A DNA stretch of 40,942 bases. Origin: an uncultured Vicinamibacteraceae bacterium (GTDB lineage Bacteria; Acidobacteriota; Vicinamibacteria; Vicinamibacterales; UBA8438). The notes under the pieces were generated by a model. It ran no database searches and was not told where the DNA came from. It saw only the letters and a list, made by a program, of their open reading frames with translations. The position numbers and the translations under genes were made by a program. Numbering within the stretch: the first letter of the stretch is position 1; each line of letters opens with the position of its first letter. The stretch lies in contig CAYGCV010000002.1 in the NCBI GenBank assembly GCA_964348425.1, positions 1 to 40,942 of the forward strand. The letters run 5' to 3'. Below, in pieces: positions 11,276-20,274 of the stretch.

Positions 11276-12420
11276 GCAAGCGAGACTATTACGAGGTTCT
11301 GGGCGTCCCGCGCTCCGCGGACGAGCAGCAGATCAAGAGCGCCTACCGGAAGCTGGCGCTCAAGTATCACCCCGACCGGAACCCGGGTGACGCCCGGGCC
11401 GAGGAACGCTTCAAGGAGGCGGCCGAGGCCTACGCGGTGCTGGCCGACGCCGGGAAGCGCAGCCGCTACGACCAGTTCGGCCATGCCGGCGTCGACCGCG
11501 CGGGTGGGCCGCAGGGCTTCGACCCCACGATCTTCGCCGACTTCGGCGACATCCTGGGCAACCTCGGCGACATCTTCGGATTCGGCGGCTTCGGCCCGGG
11601 CCGGCGGCCCGGGGGTCCCGGCCGGGGAGCCGACCTCCGCTACGACCTGCAGATCGAGTTCGCCGACGCCGCCGCCGGCACCGAGACGGTGCTCAAGATA
11701 CCGCGCCTCGAGGCGTGCACCCGCTGCGGCGGCTCGGGCTCCAGCGGCGGCGCCCCTCAGATCTGTCCGCAGTGCCGGGGCAGGGGCCAGGTACGCTACC
11801 AGCAGGGGTTCCTGACGGTCGCCCGCACGTGCGGGCACTGCGGCGGCCAGGGCCAGGTCATCACGGATCCGTGCCGCGAATGCCACGGGCAGGGGCGGGT
11901 CGAGCACGAACGCAAGCTGACCGTGAAGATCCCGGCCGGCATCGCGACCGGCCAGCGCCTGCGCCTGCACGGGGAGGGCGAGCACGGCGAGGCCGGCGGG
12001 CCGCCCGGCGATCTCTTCGTCGTCGTGCACGTCGCGGAGCACGCGTTCTACCACCGCGAGGACGACGATCTGTGGTGCGCCGTGCCGGTCACCTATCCGA
12101 CGCTGGTGCTGGGCGGCAAGATCACGGTGCCGACGCTGAACGGCGACGATACCCTCGTGATCCCGGCGGGCACCCAGCCGGACAGCCGCTTCCGTCTGCG
12201 CGGGAAGGGCATGCCGCACGTCTCGGGACGCGGCCGGGGGGATCTCTACGTCAACGTGAAGGTCGAGGTGCCGACGGACCTCTCGAGGGAGCAGCGGGAG
12301 CTGGTCGAGCGGCTGCACGTGACGATGCCTCAGCGGGCTGGCGAGCCGAGCACGCGGCCGAGCCGGGAAGACCGCGACGAGCGTCCGTTCTTCGACCGCG
12401 TGAGGGACATGTTTGGGTGA
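11272..12420 (+). CDS. dnaJ: Molecular chaperone DnaJ (J domain, G/F region, four CxxCxGxG zinc-finger repeats)
   Basis: [72 protein letters not shown]. The GTG start overlaps the grpE stop (GTGA). Confidence 0.97.
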   Translation: [382 protein letters not shown]

Positions 12421-13279
12421 TGCGCGCCCGGCGCTCGACGTGCGGACCCCCGCCCGGCGACCGGACCTGATCCCGCGCCTCGACGCCCTGCTCGACGACT
12501 TCCACCCGTTCGCCGTCGAGCCGCTCGACGCGGTGAGGCGGCGCATCCACTTCTTCTCGCCCGTCGATCGGGACGACGCGTCGCGGGCGCTCCAGCGGCA
12601 TTTCGGCGCCGCCGGGGTGACGGCGGCGGCCGTCGAGGTGCCCGACGACGACTGGGCGGCGCGCAGCCAGGCCCGCCTGACCGCCGTTCGCATCGGCGAC
12701 ATCGTGGTCGCCCCGCCGTGGGACGTTCCCGCCGAGCCGGGCGACGGCACGCTGGTCGTCATCCGGCCCTCGATGGGCTTCGGCACCGGACACCACGCCT
12801 CGACGCGCCTGTGCCTGCGCGCGCTGCAGGCGGTGCCGCTGGCGAACCGAAGCGTCCTCGATGTCGGGACCGGGTCCGGCGTGCTGGCGATTGCCGCGGC
12901 CAGGCGCGGCGCCACGTCCGTCGTCGCGATCGACACCGACCGCGATGCGGTGGCGACGGCGCTGGACAACGTCGAGTTGAACGGGGTGTCCGGCCGCGTG
13001 CGGGTGCGGTGCGGCGACTTCCGCCGGGCCGCCCTGCAGCCGGCGGCGATCGTGGTGGCCAACCTCAACGCGACGCTGGCGGCCCGCCACGGCGCGGCGC
13101 TGGCTGGGCTCGTGACCGACGGCTTCCTCGTGCTGGGCGGGATCGCGGCGCCGGAGGAGGCCGCGGTTCGCGGTGCGCTCGGACGCGCCGCGACGATCGT
13201 CGCGAGGCACGCCGAGGCAGACTGGGTGGCCCTCACCCTGGCCGTTCGCGGCGGCGCCCCGCGGCCCGCCGGGAGCTGA
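12413..13279 (+). CDS. prmA: Ribosomal protein L11 methyltransferase
   Basis: VVIRPSMGFGTGHHASTRLCLRAL...VLDVGTGSGVLAIAAARRGA..VVAIDTD. The start is uncertain: the TTG at 12413 overlaps the dnaJ stop, and an in-frame GTG at 12440 is an alternative. Confidence 0.85.
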   Translation: MGDARPALDVRTPARRPDLIPRLDALLDDFHPFAVEPLDAVRRRIHFFSPVDRDDASRALQRHFGAAGVTAAAVEVPDDDWAARSQARLTAVRIGDIVVAPPWDVPAEPGDGTLVVIRPSMGFGTGHHASTRLCLRALQAVPLANRSVLDVGTGSGVLAIAAARRGATSVVAIDTDRDAVATALDNVELNGVSGRVRVRCGDFRRAALQPAAIVVANLNATLAARHGAALAGLVTDGFLVLGGIAAPEEAAVRGALGRAATIVARHAEADWVALTLAVRGGAPRPAGS

Positions 13280-14025
13280 TGGCGCCGCATCGCTTCTACG
13301 CGCCGCAGGCGTCCCGGGTCGGCCAGACGGTGGCGCTGCCGCCCGGCGAGGCCCACCAGCTCCTGCACGTGTTGCGGCTCGGCCGCGACGCGACGGTGCA
13401 GGCCTTCGACGGCCGCGGCCGCGAGTTCGTGGCGCGCGTCCTGGCGATCGATCGCGGCGGCGTCTCGATTCGCACCGTGGAGACCGTGGAGCCGGCGCGC
13501 GAGCCGGCCGTGGACCTGGCGCTGGCGCTGGCAGTCCTGAAGGGCCGGACGACCGGCGCGGTGGTTCGCGATGCCACGATGCTGGGCGCGCGGACCATCC
13601 AGCCGCTCACCACCACCCGCGGCCCCGCCGGCCCGGCGGCGGCCGGTCTCGACCGGGCGGTCGGCCGCTGGCAGGCCATCGCCATCGCGTCCGCCAAGCA
13701 GTGTCGCCGCGCCGTGGTGCCCGCGGTCGGACCGCCGCTCCCCTTCGCGGAGCTCGTCGCGCGAGGACCCCGCGGCCTGGGCATCATGCTGGTCGAGCCG
13801 GCCATCGCCGCCCCGCACGCCAGCATCCGGACCGTGGCCGACCAGCCGCCCCCGGCCCGGGCGACGATCGCGGTCGGGCCCGAGGGGGGCTGGACGGACA
13901 GCGAGGTCGAAGCGGCCGCCGGGGCGGGCTTCAGGCTGCTCACGCTGGGCTCGCGCACGCTGCGGGCCGATGCGGCGCCCGCCGCCGCGCTGGCGATCCT
14001 GCAGTACGTGTGGGGCGATCTCTAG
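13279..14025 (+). CDS. rsmE: 16S rRNA (uracil1498-N3)-methyltransferase RsmE
   Basis: MAPHRFYAP...GEAHQLLHVLRL...IAVGPEGGWTDSEV...LGSRTLRADAAPAAALAILQ. The ATG shares one nt with the prmA TGA (TGATG). Confidence 0.9.
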   Translation: MAPHRFYAPQASRVGQTVALPPGEAHQLLHVLRLGRDATVQAFDGRGREFVARVLAIDRGGVSIRTVETVEPAREPAVDLALALAVLKGRTTGAVVRDATMLGARTIQPLTTTRGPAGPAAAGLDRAVGRWQAIAIASAKQCRRAVVPAVGPPLPFAELVARGPRGLGIMLVEPAIAAPHASIRTVADQPPPARATIAVGPEGGWTDSEVEAAAGAGFRLLTLGSRTLRADAAPAAALAILQYVWGDL

Positions 14026-14062
14026 CCGGGAGGCGACGCGCCGGCCGGCCCGCGCATTGCTC

Positions 14063-14068
14063 TATACT
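14063..14068 (+). promoter_or_regulatory. Candidate -10 box (TATACT) 13 nt upstream of the Ser/Thr kinase ATG
   Basis: CTCTATACTGG lies in the 56-nt rsmE-kinase spacer, which is otherwise more than 75% GC. No SD precedes the ATG at 14082. Confidence 0.3.
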
Positions 14069-14081
14069 GGCGCGACTCCGC

Positions 14082-15020
14082 ATGCTGTACCGAGGTCAGA
14101 CGCTCGGCAAGTACAAGATTGTCGCCCCCCTCGGCAGCGGCGGGTTCGCCGTCGTGTACCTCGCCCGGGATACCTGGATCGACAAGGACGTGGCGATCAA
14201 GGTCCCGCATCGACAGAACATCAACTTCGCCGAGCTGCTGCGCGAGCCGCGCCTGCTGGCGACGCTCGATCATCCCAACATCGTCTCGATCACGACCGCC
14301 GAGAAGCAGGAGAACGTCTTCTTCATCGTCATGGAGTACGTGCAGGGAGACACGCTCGAGGAGCTCATCGGCGGCGGGGCGATGGACGTGCGCAAGGCGC
14401 TCGATTTCGCCAGGCAGGCGGGCGAGGCCGTCAGGCACGCGCACGGGCAGGGCGTCATCCACCGCGACCTGCGGCCCCCGAACATGCTGGTGTCGAAGGC
14501 GGGCGTGCTCAAGGTGGCCGACTTCGGCACGTCGCGCTTCCTGGAGATTGCCGCCCGCGGCACGACCGTCATCGGCAGCCCCGCCTACATGGCGCCGGAG
14601 CAGTTCGAGGGCAAGGCCGTCTTCGCGTCGGACATCTACTCGCTCGGGGTCACGATGTACCAGATGCTCACCGGCGTGATGCCCTACGAGACGCCGTCTC
14701 CGACCAACCTGGACCGGCTGCTGCGCGGCGACCTCGTGCGGCCGCCGCGCGTCCACGCGCCGTCGATTCCGGCCTCGGTCAACGACCTCGTGATGAAGGC
14801 GATGGCGCCCGACCTGTCGCAGCGGTACCGCAGCGCGGAGGAGCTGCTCGACGCGCTCGAGACAGTCCGCGCGCGCCGCGATCGGCGGGCCGCGGGCCAT
14901 GCGCCGGCGGCGAGCCAGGCCGCGGCGCCGGACACGGCGGGCGCGACGTTCTGCTGGCAGTGCCGCAAGCCGCTGCACGCGCGCGCCGCCCGCTGTCCGT
15001 TTTGCGGGGAAAACCAGTGA
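14082..15020 (+). CDS. Soluble Hanks-type Ser/Thr protein kinase with a C-terminal zinc-ribbon
   Basis: 312 aa with all catalytic motifs intact: LGSGGFAVVY, VAIKV, HRDLRPPNML, DFGTS, APEQ. The C-terminus carries CWQC-x11-CPFC. No TM segment. Confidence 0.9.
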   Translation: MLYRGQTLGKYKIVAPLGSGGFAVVYLARDTWIDKDVAIKVPHRQNINFAELLREPRLLATLDHPNIVSITTAEKQENVFFIVMEYVQGDTLEELIGGGAMDVRKALDFARQAGEAVRHAHGQGVIHRDLRPPNMLVSKAGVLKVADFGTSRFLEIAARGTTVIGSPAYMAPEQFEGKAVFASDIYSLGVTMYQMLTGVMPYETPSPTNLDRLLRGDLVRPPRVHAPSIPASVNDLVMKAMAPDLSQRYRSAEELLDALETVRARRDRRAAGHAPAASQAAAPDTAGATFCWQCRKPLHARAARCPFCGENQ

Positions 15021-15077
15021 TGCTACACTGAACATCGTCGTAAGATATTCACCAGACAACACTTCGGCAGGACAACG

Positions 15078-16046
15078 ATGAGCTTCGGTTCCGGCAGGAT
15101 CTGGATGAACGGCACGTTCGTCGACTGGGCCGACGCCAGGATCCACGTCGCCGCGCATGTCGTCCACTACGGCAGCGGCGTGTTCGAAGGGGCGCGCTGC
15201 TACGACACGCCGAAGGGCGCCGCGTGCTTCCGCCTCGACGCCCACATCCGGCGGCTCTACGACTCGGCGAAGATATACCGCATGGAGTGCGACGTCGGCC
15301 CGACCGCGCTCCACGCGGCGGTGCTCGACACGATTCGGCACAACGGCTACCAGGCGTGCTACATACGGCCGCTCATGTACCGCGGCTACCACACGCTCGG
15401 CGTCAATCCCTTCTCCTGCCCGGTCGACGTGGCGATCCTCGTCTGGGAGTGGGGTGCGTACCTCGGTGAGGACGCCCTCGAGGACGGGGTCGACGTCCAG
15501 GTGAGCTCGTGGGGGCGCGGGGCGCCGAACCGCTTCCCCTCGCTCTCGAAGGCCACCGCAAACTACGCGAACTCGCAGCTCATCAAGATGGAGTCGGTGC
15601 TCCACGGCTACGCCGAAGGGATCGCCCTCGACCCGATGGGCTTCCTCAGCGAAGGCAGCGGCCAGAACCTCTTCCTGGTGCGCGACGGCGTGATCGCGAC
15701 GCCGCCCATCGGCACCTCGACGCTGGCCGGGATCACGCGCGACGTCGTCATCACCATCGCCCGCGACCTCGGCTTCACGGTGCGCGAGGATCTGCTGCCA
15801 CGCGAGGCGCTGTACATCGCCGATGAGGTGTTCTTCACGGGGACGGCCGCCGAGATCACCCCGATCCGCTCCGTGGACAAGATCACCATCGGCAGCGGCC
15901 GGCGCGGGCCGGTCACCGAGGCGATTCAGCGGCGCTTCTTCGACATCATCAACGGCCGCGCGCCGGACGCCCACGGCTGGCTGACGTACGTCTACCCCGA
16001 GGCCGAACGGCCCGCCGCCGCCGAGGCGGCCGCGGGCACCCCGTAG
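15078..16046 (+). CDS. ilvE: Branched-chain amino acid aminotransferase (class IV)
   Basis: Collinear with E. coli-type IlvE: [63 protein letters not shown]. The upstream spacer is AT-rich, with AGGA 5 nt before the ATG. Confidence 0.95.
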   Translation: MSFGSGRIWMNGTFVDWADARIHVAAHVVHYGSGVFEGARCYDTPKGAACFRLDAHIRRLYDSAKIYRMECDVGPTALHAAVLDTIRHNGYQACYIRPLMYRGYHTLGVNPFSCPVDVAILVWEWGAYLGEDALEDGVDVQVSSWGRGAPNRFPSLSKATANYANSQLIKMESVLHGYAEGIALDPMGFLSEGSGQNLFLVRDGVIATPPIGTSTLAGITRDVVITIARDLGFTVREDLLPREALYIADEVFFTGTAAEITPIRSVDKITIGSGRRGPVTEAIQRRFFDIINGRAPDAHGWLTYVYPEAERPAAAEAAAGTP

Positions 16047-16077
16047 GCGCCACCGCCCACCGGCGTCCGCGCGGCCG

Positions 16078-16548
16078 ATGCCCGACCCGTACCAGGCCGG
16101 ACTCGCGATGCTGTCGCGCCGGGAGCTGTCCACGGCGCAGGTCAGGGAGCGCCTCGCGCGCAAGGGGTTCGACCCGGACGCGGTCGAGGGCGCCCTCGCG
16201 CGACTGCGCGCGGTGCGTGCGCTCGACGATGCGCGCACGGCGCAGGCGCTGGCGCACCGCTCGCACGTCCGGATGCACGGCCGCCTGCGGGCGGTGCGGG
16301 AGCTGGAGGGGCGGGGCATCGACCGCGGCCTGGCGCTGCGCGCCGTCGACGCCGCCTATCGCGAGGTCGACGAGGGCGAGCTGATCGCGCGCGCCCTCGC
16401 CCGGCGCCTGCGCGGACCCATCGAGACGCCGGCGGCGCTGCGCCGCCTGTACCACTATCTCGTCCGTCAGGGCTTCGACGGCGCGGCGGCCAGGGCGGCG
16501 CTGGCGCCGCACGCCGCGCCGCGGGCAGCGGGCGACGGCGCCGACTGA
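16078..16548 (+). CDS. recX: Recombination regulator RecX
   Basis: 156 aa: AMLSRRELSTAQVRERLARKGFDPDAVEGALARL, ...LYHYLVRQGFD. Sits just upstream of alaS, as in many genomes. Confidence 0.8.
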   Translation: MPDPYQAGLAMLSRRELSTAQVRERLARKGFDPDAVEGALARLRAVRALDDARTAQALAHRSHVRMHGRLRAVRELEGRGIDRGLALRAVDAAYREVDEGELIARALARRLRGPIETPAALRRLYHYLVRQGFDGAAARAALAPHAAPRAAGDGAD

Positions 16549-16574
16549 AGGGGCTGTGAAAGAATAGGACGACG

Positions 16575-19337
16575 ATGACCTCGGGGGAGATCCGCCAGAG
16601 CTTCCTGACGTTCTTCGAGCAGCGCGGGCACCGCGTGGTGCCCAGTTCCCCGCTCGTGCCGGCCGACGATCCGACGCTGCTGTTCACGAACGCCGGCATG
16701 AATCAGTTCAAGCAGCTCTTCCTCGGCCAGGAGACGCGCAGCTACCGGCGGGCCACCACCTCCCAGAAGTGCATGCGCGTCAGCGGCAAGCACAACGACC
16801 TGGAAAACGTCGGCCCCTCGCTGCGCCACCACACGTTCTTCGAGATGCTCGGCAACTTCTCGTTCGGCGACTACTTCAAGGCCGAGGCCATCCCGTTCGC
16901 CTGGGAGCTGCTGACCGGGGCCTGGAAGCTGCCGCCCGAGCGTCTCTACGCCACGGTCTTCGAGGGTGAGGACGGCATCCCGCGCGACGACGAGGCACAT
17001 GCCATCTGGCGCCGGCTCGTCCCGGCGGAGCGCATCGCCGAGATGGGCGCGGCCGAGAACTTCTGGGCGATGGGCGACACGGGACCGTGCGGCCGCTGCT
17101 CCGAGGTCCACTACCACCGGGGCGACCACCTGCCCTGCGGCGCGCCGACGTGCCGCGGCATCGACTGCGACTGCGACCGGTACGTCGAGATCTGGAACAA
17201 CGTCTTCATGGAGTTCGAGCGCCGCGCGGACGGCTCGCTGGCCCCGCTGCCGGCCCCGTCGATCGACACCGGCATGGGGCTCGAGCGCATCGTGGCGGTG
17301 CTGCAGGACAAGCTCTCGAACTACGACACGGATTTGTTCACGCCGCTGCTGTCGGCCATCGGCGAACGGGCGGGGACGGCGTACGGTCCGCTCGCGGGGC
17401 GACCAGACAACGGCGCCGGCGACGTGTCGCTGCGCGTCATCGCCGACCACCTGCGCGCCATCACGTTCCTGATCGCCGACGGCGTGGTCCCCTCGAACGA
17501 GTGGCGGGGATACGTCCTGCGCAAGATCATGCGGCGCGCCATGCGCCACGGCAAGAAGCTCGGCTTGACCGAGCCGTTCCTGCACGATCTCACCGGCGTG
17601 GTGATTGCGGAGATGGGATCGGCGTACCCGGAGCTGGAGACGAATCGCGAAGTCGTCGCGTCGGTCGTGCGCCGCGAGGAAGAGCAGTTCGACCGGGTGC
17701 TGCGCGACGGCCTGCCGCGTCTCGAGACGGCGCTCGCCGAGGCGGAGGCCGGGTCGCGCACCGTCGACGGCGAGACCGCGTTCCGACTGTACGACACGTT
17801 CGGCGTGCCGCTCGACTTCATCGAGGACCTCGCCGCGTCCAGGCAGTTGCAGGTCGATCCCGAAGGATTCGAGCGCGAGCTGGAAGCGCAGCGCGCCCGC
17901 GCCCGCGCCGGCGCCGCGTTCGGCGGCGGACAGCAGGCGCAGGTCACGATCGACGCGGGTCCCTACGTGCTGACCGCGGCCGGCGAGCCGCGGTTCGGAC
18001 CGCAGGCGTTCACTGGCTACGACGGCACGTCGACCCGCAGCGGCGTCACGCATCTGTTCCGGCGCGACGGCGGGGGGCAGGCTCTCACGGGGGTCGAGGC
18101 GCTCGAGGCCGGCGAGGCGGGGTACGTGGTCCTCGAGCAGACGCCCTTCTACCTCGCGGCCGGCGGGCAGGTCTCGGACACCGGCCGGCTGCTTGCGGAC
18201 GGCGTCGACGCCGCGGTCGACGACGTCGTCCGGCTGCAGCCGGACTGGCCGCGGATGCACGTGACCGCGGTGCGCGAGGGCGCGTTGCGCGCGGGCGACG
18301 AGGTCACGGCCGAGGTGGACGCCGTGCGCCGCGGCGACATCCGCCGCAACCACACGGCGACGCACCTGCTGCACGCCGCCCTGCGCGCCGTCGTCGGACA
18401 CCACGTGCGGCAGGCCGGGTCGCTCGTCGCGCCCGATCGCCTGCGCTTCGACATCACGCACCACGAGCCGGTCGCGCCAGAGCAACTGCGCGAGATCGAG
18501 CGCCTCGTCAGCAGCCATGTCTTCGGCAACGTGGCGGTCGAGACCGAGGAGCGGTCGACCGAGGAGGCGATTGCCGCCGGCGCCATGGCGCTGTTCGGGG
18601 AGAAGTACGGCGATCGGGTGCGCGTCGTCACCGTACCCGGCCTGTCCGCGGACGCACCGGATTTCTCGGTCGAGCTGTGCGGCGGCACCCATTGCCGGGC
18701 GACCGGCGACATCGGACCGTTCGTCATCACGCACGAGGGCGGCGTGGCGGCCGGGGTCCGGCGCATCGAGGCGGTCACCGGGGCGGCGGCGGTGCGCCTG
18801 CTCCAGGAGCGGGGCGACGCGCTCGGCGACCTCCTGCATCTGCTCGGCACGAGCGCCGGGCAGGCCGGGTCGGCCGTCAGGAAGCTGCAGGCCGACGCCC
18901 GGCGCCTGGCGCGCGAGGTCGAGCGGCTGAAGGTCGAGGCCGCGATGGGCGGGCCGGCGGATCCGGCTGCGGACGACGCCGTCGAGATCGCCGGCGCGAA
19001 GCTGTTGACCCGCCACGTGAAATCGCTCGAGCCGCACGCCCTGCGCACGCTGGCCGACTCGCTGCGCGAGCGCCTGGGCAGCGGGATCGTCGTCCTGGCC
19101 GCGGACAACGACGGCAAGGCCGCTCTGGTCGTCTCCGTCACCCGCGACCTGACCGATCGCGTCCACGCCGGCAACGTGATCAAGACGCTGGCGCCCATCA
19201 TCGGCGGGCGCGGCGGCGGCCGACCGGACTTCGCCCAGGCCGGCGGGCGGCAGCCCGACAAGGTGGGCGCGCTCTTCGCGGAGTGCCGCACGCTGGTGGC
19301 CGACCTGCTCGCCGGGAGCCCGGCCGGCACAGGATAG
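16575..19337 (+). CDS. alaS: Alanine--tRNA ligase
   Basis: 920 aa: IRQSFLTFFEQRGHRVVPSSPLVPADDPTLLFTNAGMNQFK, the HTATHLLHAAL editing-domain motif, and a C-terminal DHHA1-like GGRGGGRPDFAQAGG. Confidence 0.98.
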   Translation: MTSGEIRQSFLTFFEQRGHRVVPSSPLVPADDPTLLFTNAGMNQFKQLFLGQETRSYRRATTSQKCMRVSGKHNDLENVGPSLRHHTFFEMLGNFSFGDYFKAEAIPFAWELLTGAWKLPPERLYATVFEGEDGIPRDDEAHAIWRRLVPAERIAEMGAAENFWAMGDTGPCGRCSEVHYHRGDHLPCGAPTCRGIDCDCDRYVEIWNNVFMEFERRADGSLAPLPAPSIDTGMGLERIVAVLQDKLSNYDTDLFTPLLSAIGERAGTAYGPLAGRPDNGAGDVSLRVIADHLRAITFLIADGVVPSNEWRGYVLRKIMRRAMRHGKKLGLTEPFLHDLTGVVIAEMGSAYPELETNREVVASVVRREEEQFDRVLRDGLPRLETALAEAEAGSRTVDGETAFRLYDTFGVPLDFIEDLAASRQLQVDPEGFERELEAQRARARAGAAFGGGQQAQVTIDAGPYVLTAAGEPRFGPQAFTGYDGTSTRSGVTHLFRRDGGGQALTGVEALEAGEAGYVVLEQTPFYLAAGGQVSDTGRLLADGVDAAVDDVVRLQPDWPRMHVTAVREGALRAGDEVTAEVDAVRRGDIRRNHTATHLLHAALRAVVGHHVRQAGSLVAPDRLRFDITHHEPVAPEQLREIERLVSSHVFGNVAVETEERSTEEAIAAGAMALFGEKYGDRVRVVTVPGLSADAPDFSVELCGGTHCRATGDIGPFVITHEGGVAAGVRRIEAVTGAAAVRLLQERGDALGDLLHLLGTSAGQAGSAVRKLQADARRLAREVERLKVEAAMGGPADPAADDAVEIAGAKLLTRHVKSLEPHALRTLADSLRERLGSGIVVLAADNDGKAALVVSVTRDLTDRVHAGNVIKTLAPIIGGRGGGRPDFAQAGGRQPDKVGALFAECRTLVADLLAGSPAGTG

Positions 19338-19343
19338 ACCGCC

Positions 19344-19757
19344 GTGCCCCGCGAGCTGGCCGCAGCAGACCCCGGCGCCCCCCAGCGGATCCGCCTGGAC
19401 GTGTGGCTCGACGTCGCCTGCGTCTGCAAGACGCGTTCGGCCGCCAGGCAGGCCTGCCTGGGCGGGAAGATCACCGTGAACGGCACGCGCGCGAAGCCGC
19501 ACCGCGAGATCGGCCCGGGCGACCGCATCGAGGTCACGACCGCGGGCGGACGGCGGCGGGAGCTGGTCGTCAGGGCCGTCGCCCCGCGCCACGTGGCGAA
19601 GCCGGAAGCGCGGGCGCTCTACGAGGACGTCACGCCCCCGCCGACGCCGGAAGAGGTCGAATTGCGCGAGCTGCTGCGGCTGGCCGGACCGGCTCCCGGC
19701 AGCCGGCAGGGCGCAGCCGACCGCCGGCAGCGCCGGCGCCATGGGAAGCCGTGGTGA
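19344..19757 (+). CDS. hslR: Ribosome-associated heat shock protein Hsp15 (S4-domain RNA-binding protein)
   Basis: IRLDVWLDVACVCKTRSAARQACLGGKITVNGTRAKPHREIGPGDRIEV...EARALYEDV...DRRQRRRHGK parallels E. coli HslR (VRLDKWLWAARFYKTRALAREMIEGGKVHYNGQRSKPSK...LLYEET...DRRPDKKERR). GTG start 6 nt after the alaS stop. Confidence 0.75.
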   Translation: MPRELAAADPGAPQRIRLDVWLDVACVCKTRSAARQACLGGKITVNGTRAKPHREIGPGDRIEVTTAGGRRRELVVRAVAPRHVAKPEARALYEDVTPPPTPEEVELRELLRLAGPAPGSRQGAADRRQRRRHGKPW

Positions 19758-19798
19758 GCGTATCGAGACAGGATTCCACCGCCCGTGAGAAAAAGGCT

Positions 19799-20104
19799 GT
19801 GATCCCCAAGAACGGCATGCGGCCGGTTCATCCGGGCGAAATTCTGCGCGACGAACTCGAGGCGATCGGCTTGTCGGCCAGCGCGCTGTCGAAGGCGCTC
19901 GGTGTGCCGGTCAACCGCATCAGGGCGATCCTGAACGGCCAGCGCGGGGTGACCGCCGACACGGCGCTCCGGCTGGCGCGCTATTTCGGGACGAGCCCAC
20001 AGGTCTGGTTGAACCTGCAACAGAGCTACGAGCTGCGTCGGGCCGAAATCGCAGTGGGGCAGCGGATTGTCGAGTGTGTGCAGCCCCGGCACACCGCCGC
20101 GTAG
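19799..20104 (+). CDS. higA: HigA-family antitoxin / XRE-type HTH protein, with no cognate toxin gene adjacent
   Basis: KNGMRPVHPGEILRDELEAIGLSASALSKALGVPVNRIRAILNGQRGVTADTALRLARYFGTSPQVWLNLQQSYEL is the HigA/VapI signature. The start is ambiguous: GTG 19799 is chosen to retain KNG, with ATG 19817 and GTG 19751/19754 as alternatives. Confidence 0.8.
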   Translation: MIPKNGMRPVHPGEILRDELEAIGLSASALSKALGVPVNRIRAILNGQRGVTADTALRLARYFGTSPQVWLNLQQSYELRRAEIAVGQRIVECVQPRHTAA

Positions 20105-20137
20105 GTGCTACTGACCGCCTGGACCGAGCGCGGCCGC

Positions 20138-20248
20138 GTGACTCCGCACGAGTTCATCTGCAAGTGGCGGGCCTCGGAGCTGAAGGAGCGGTCCACACGA
20201 TCAGGGACCACCTCCTTCTGCTCCAGGGCTTCGGAAGGGGAAGGTTAG
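20138..20248 (+). pseudogene. 36-codon stub resembling the N-terminus of a large SAM-dependent DNA methyltransferase (restriction-modification type)
   Basis: VTPHEFICKWRASELKERS resembles, from memory and unverified, the conserved M..TP.EFI.KWR...LKERS..Q.HF.DLC N-terminus of about 900-aa DNA methyltransferases. The frame then decays and stops at 20246-20248. The -1 frame continues as HTIRDHLLLLQGFG. Confidence 0.4.
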
Positions 20249-20274
20249 ACGCGGCGCACGAGACCACCTATAAT
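20245..20274 (+). promoter_or_regulatory. Sigma-70 promoter for rpsT (TTAGAC-N18-TATAAT)
   Basis: -35 TTAGAC at 20245-20250 and a perfect -10 TATAAT at 20269-20274. SD GGAAGGA at 20291-20297 and GTG at 20308. Confidence 0.6.

Noticed and set aside
16467-19742. A 1091-aa minus-strand ORF antisense to alaS and a 1005-aa plus-strand out-of-frame ORF (17087-20104). Similar giants occur at 11218-13818, 14022-16319, 4596-7004, 7088-9571, 22195-23994, 26510-28108 and 28071-29912.
   Set aside because: All are Arg/Ala/Gly/Pro-rich shadow ORFs overlapping well-supported genes in another frame or strand. Only the last 95-101 codons of 17087-20104 (higA) look like a real protein.
19344-20104. hslR-higA as a novel toxin-antitoxin pair, with an S4-domain protein in the toxin position and a possible GTGA overlap with an upstream GTG of the higA frame
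   Set aside because: The S4 protein aligns along its whole length with housekeeping Hsp15/HslR. The 16-22-residue N-terminal extensions that HigA would gain from the GTGs at 19751/19754 are atypical for the family. The coupling therefore rests only on an ambiguous start-codon choice.
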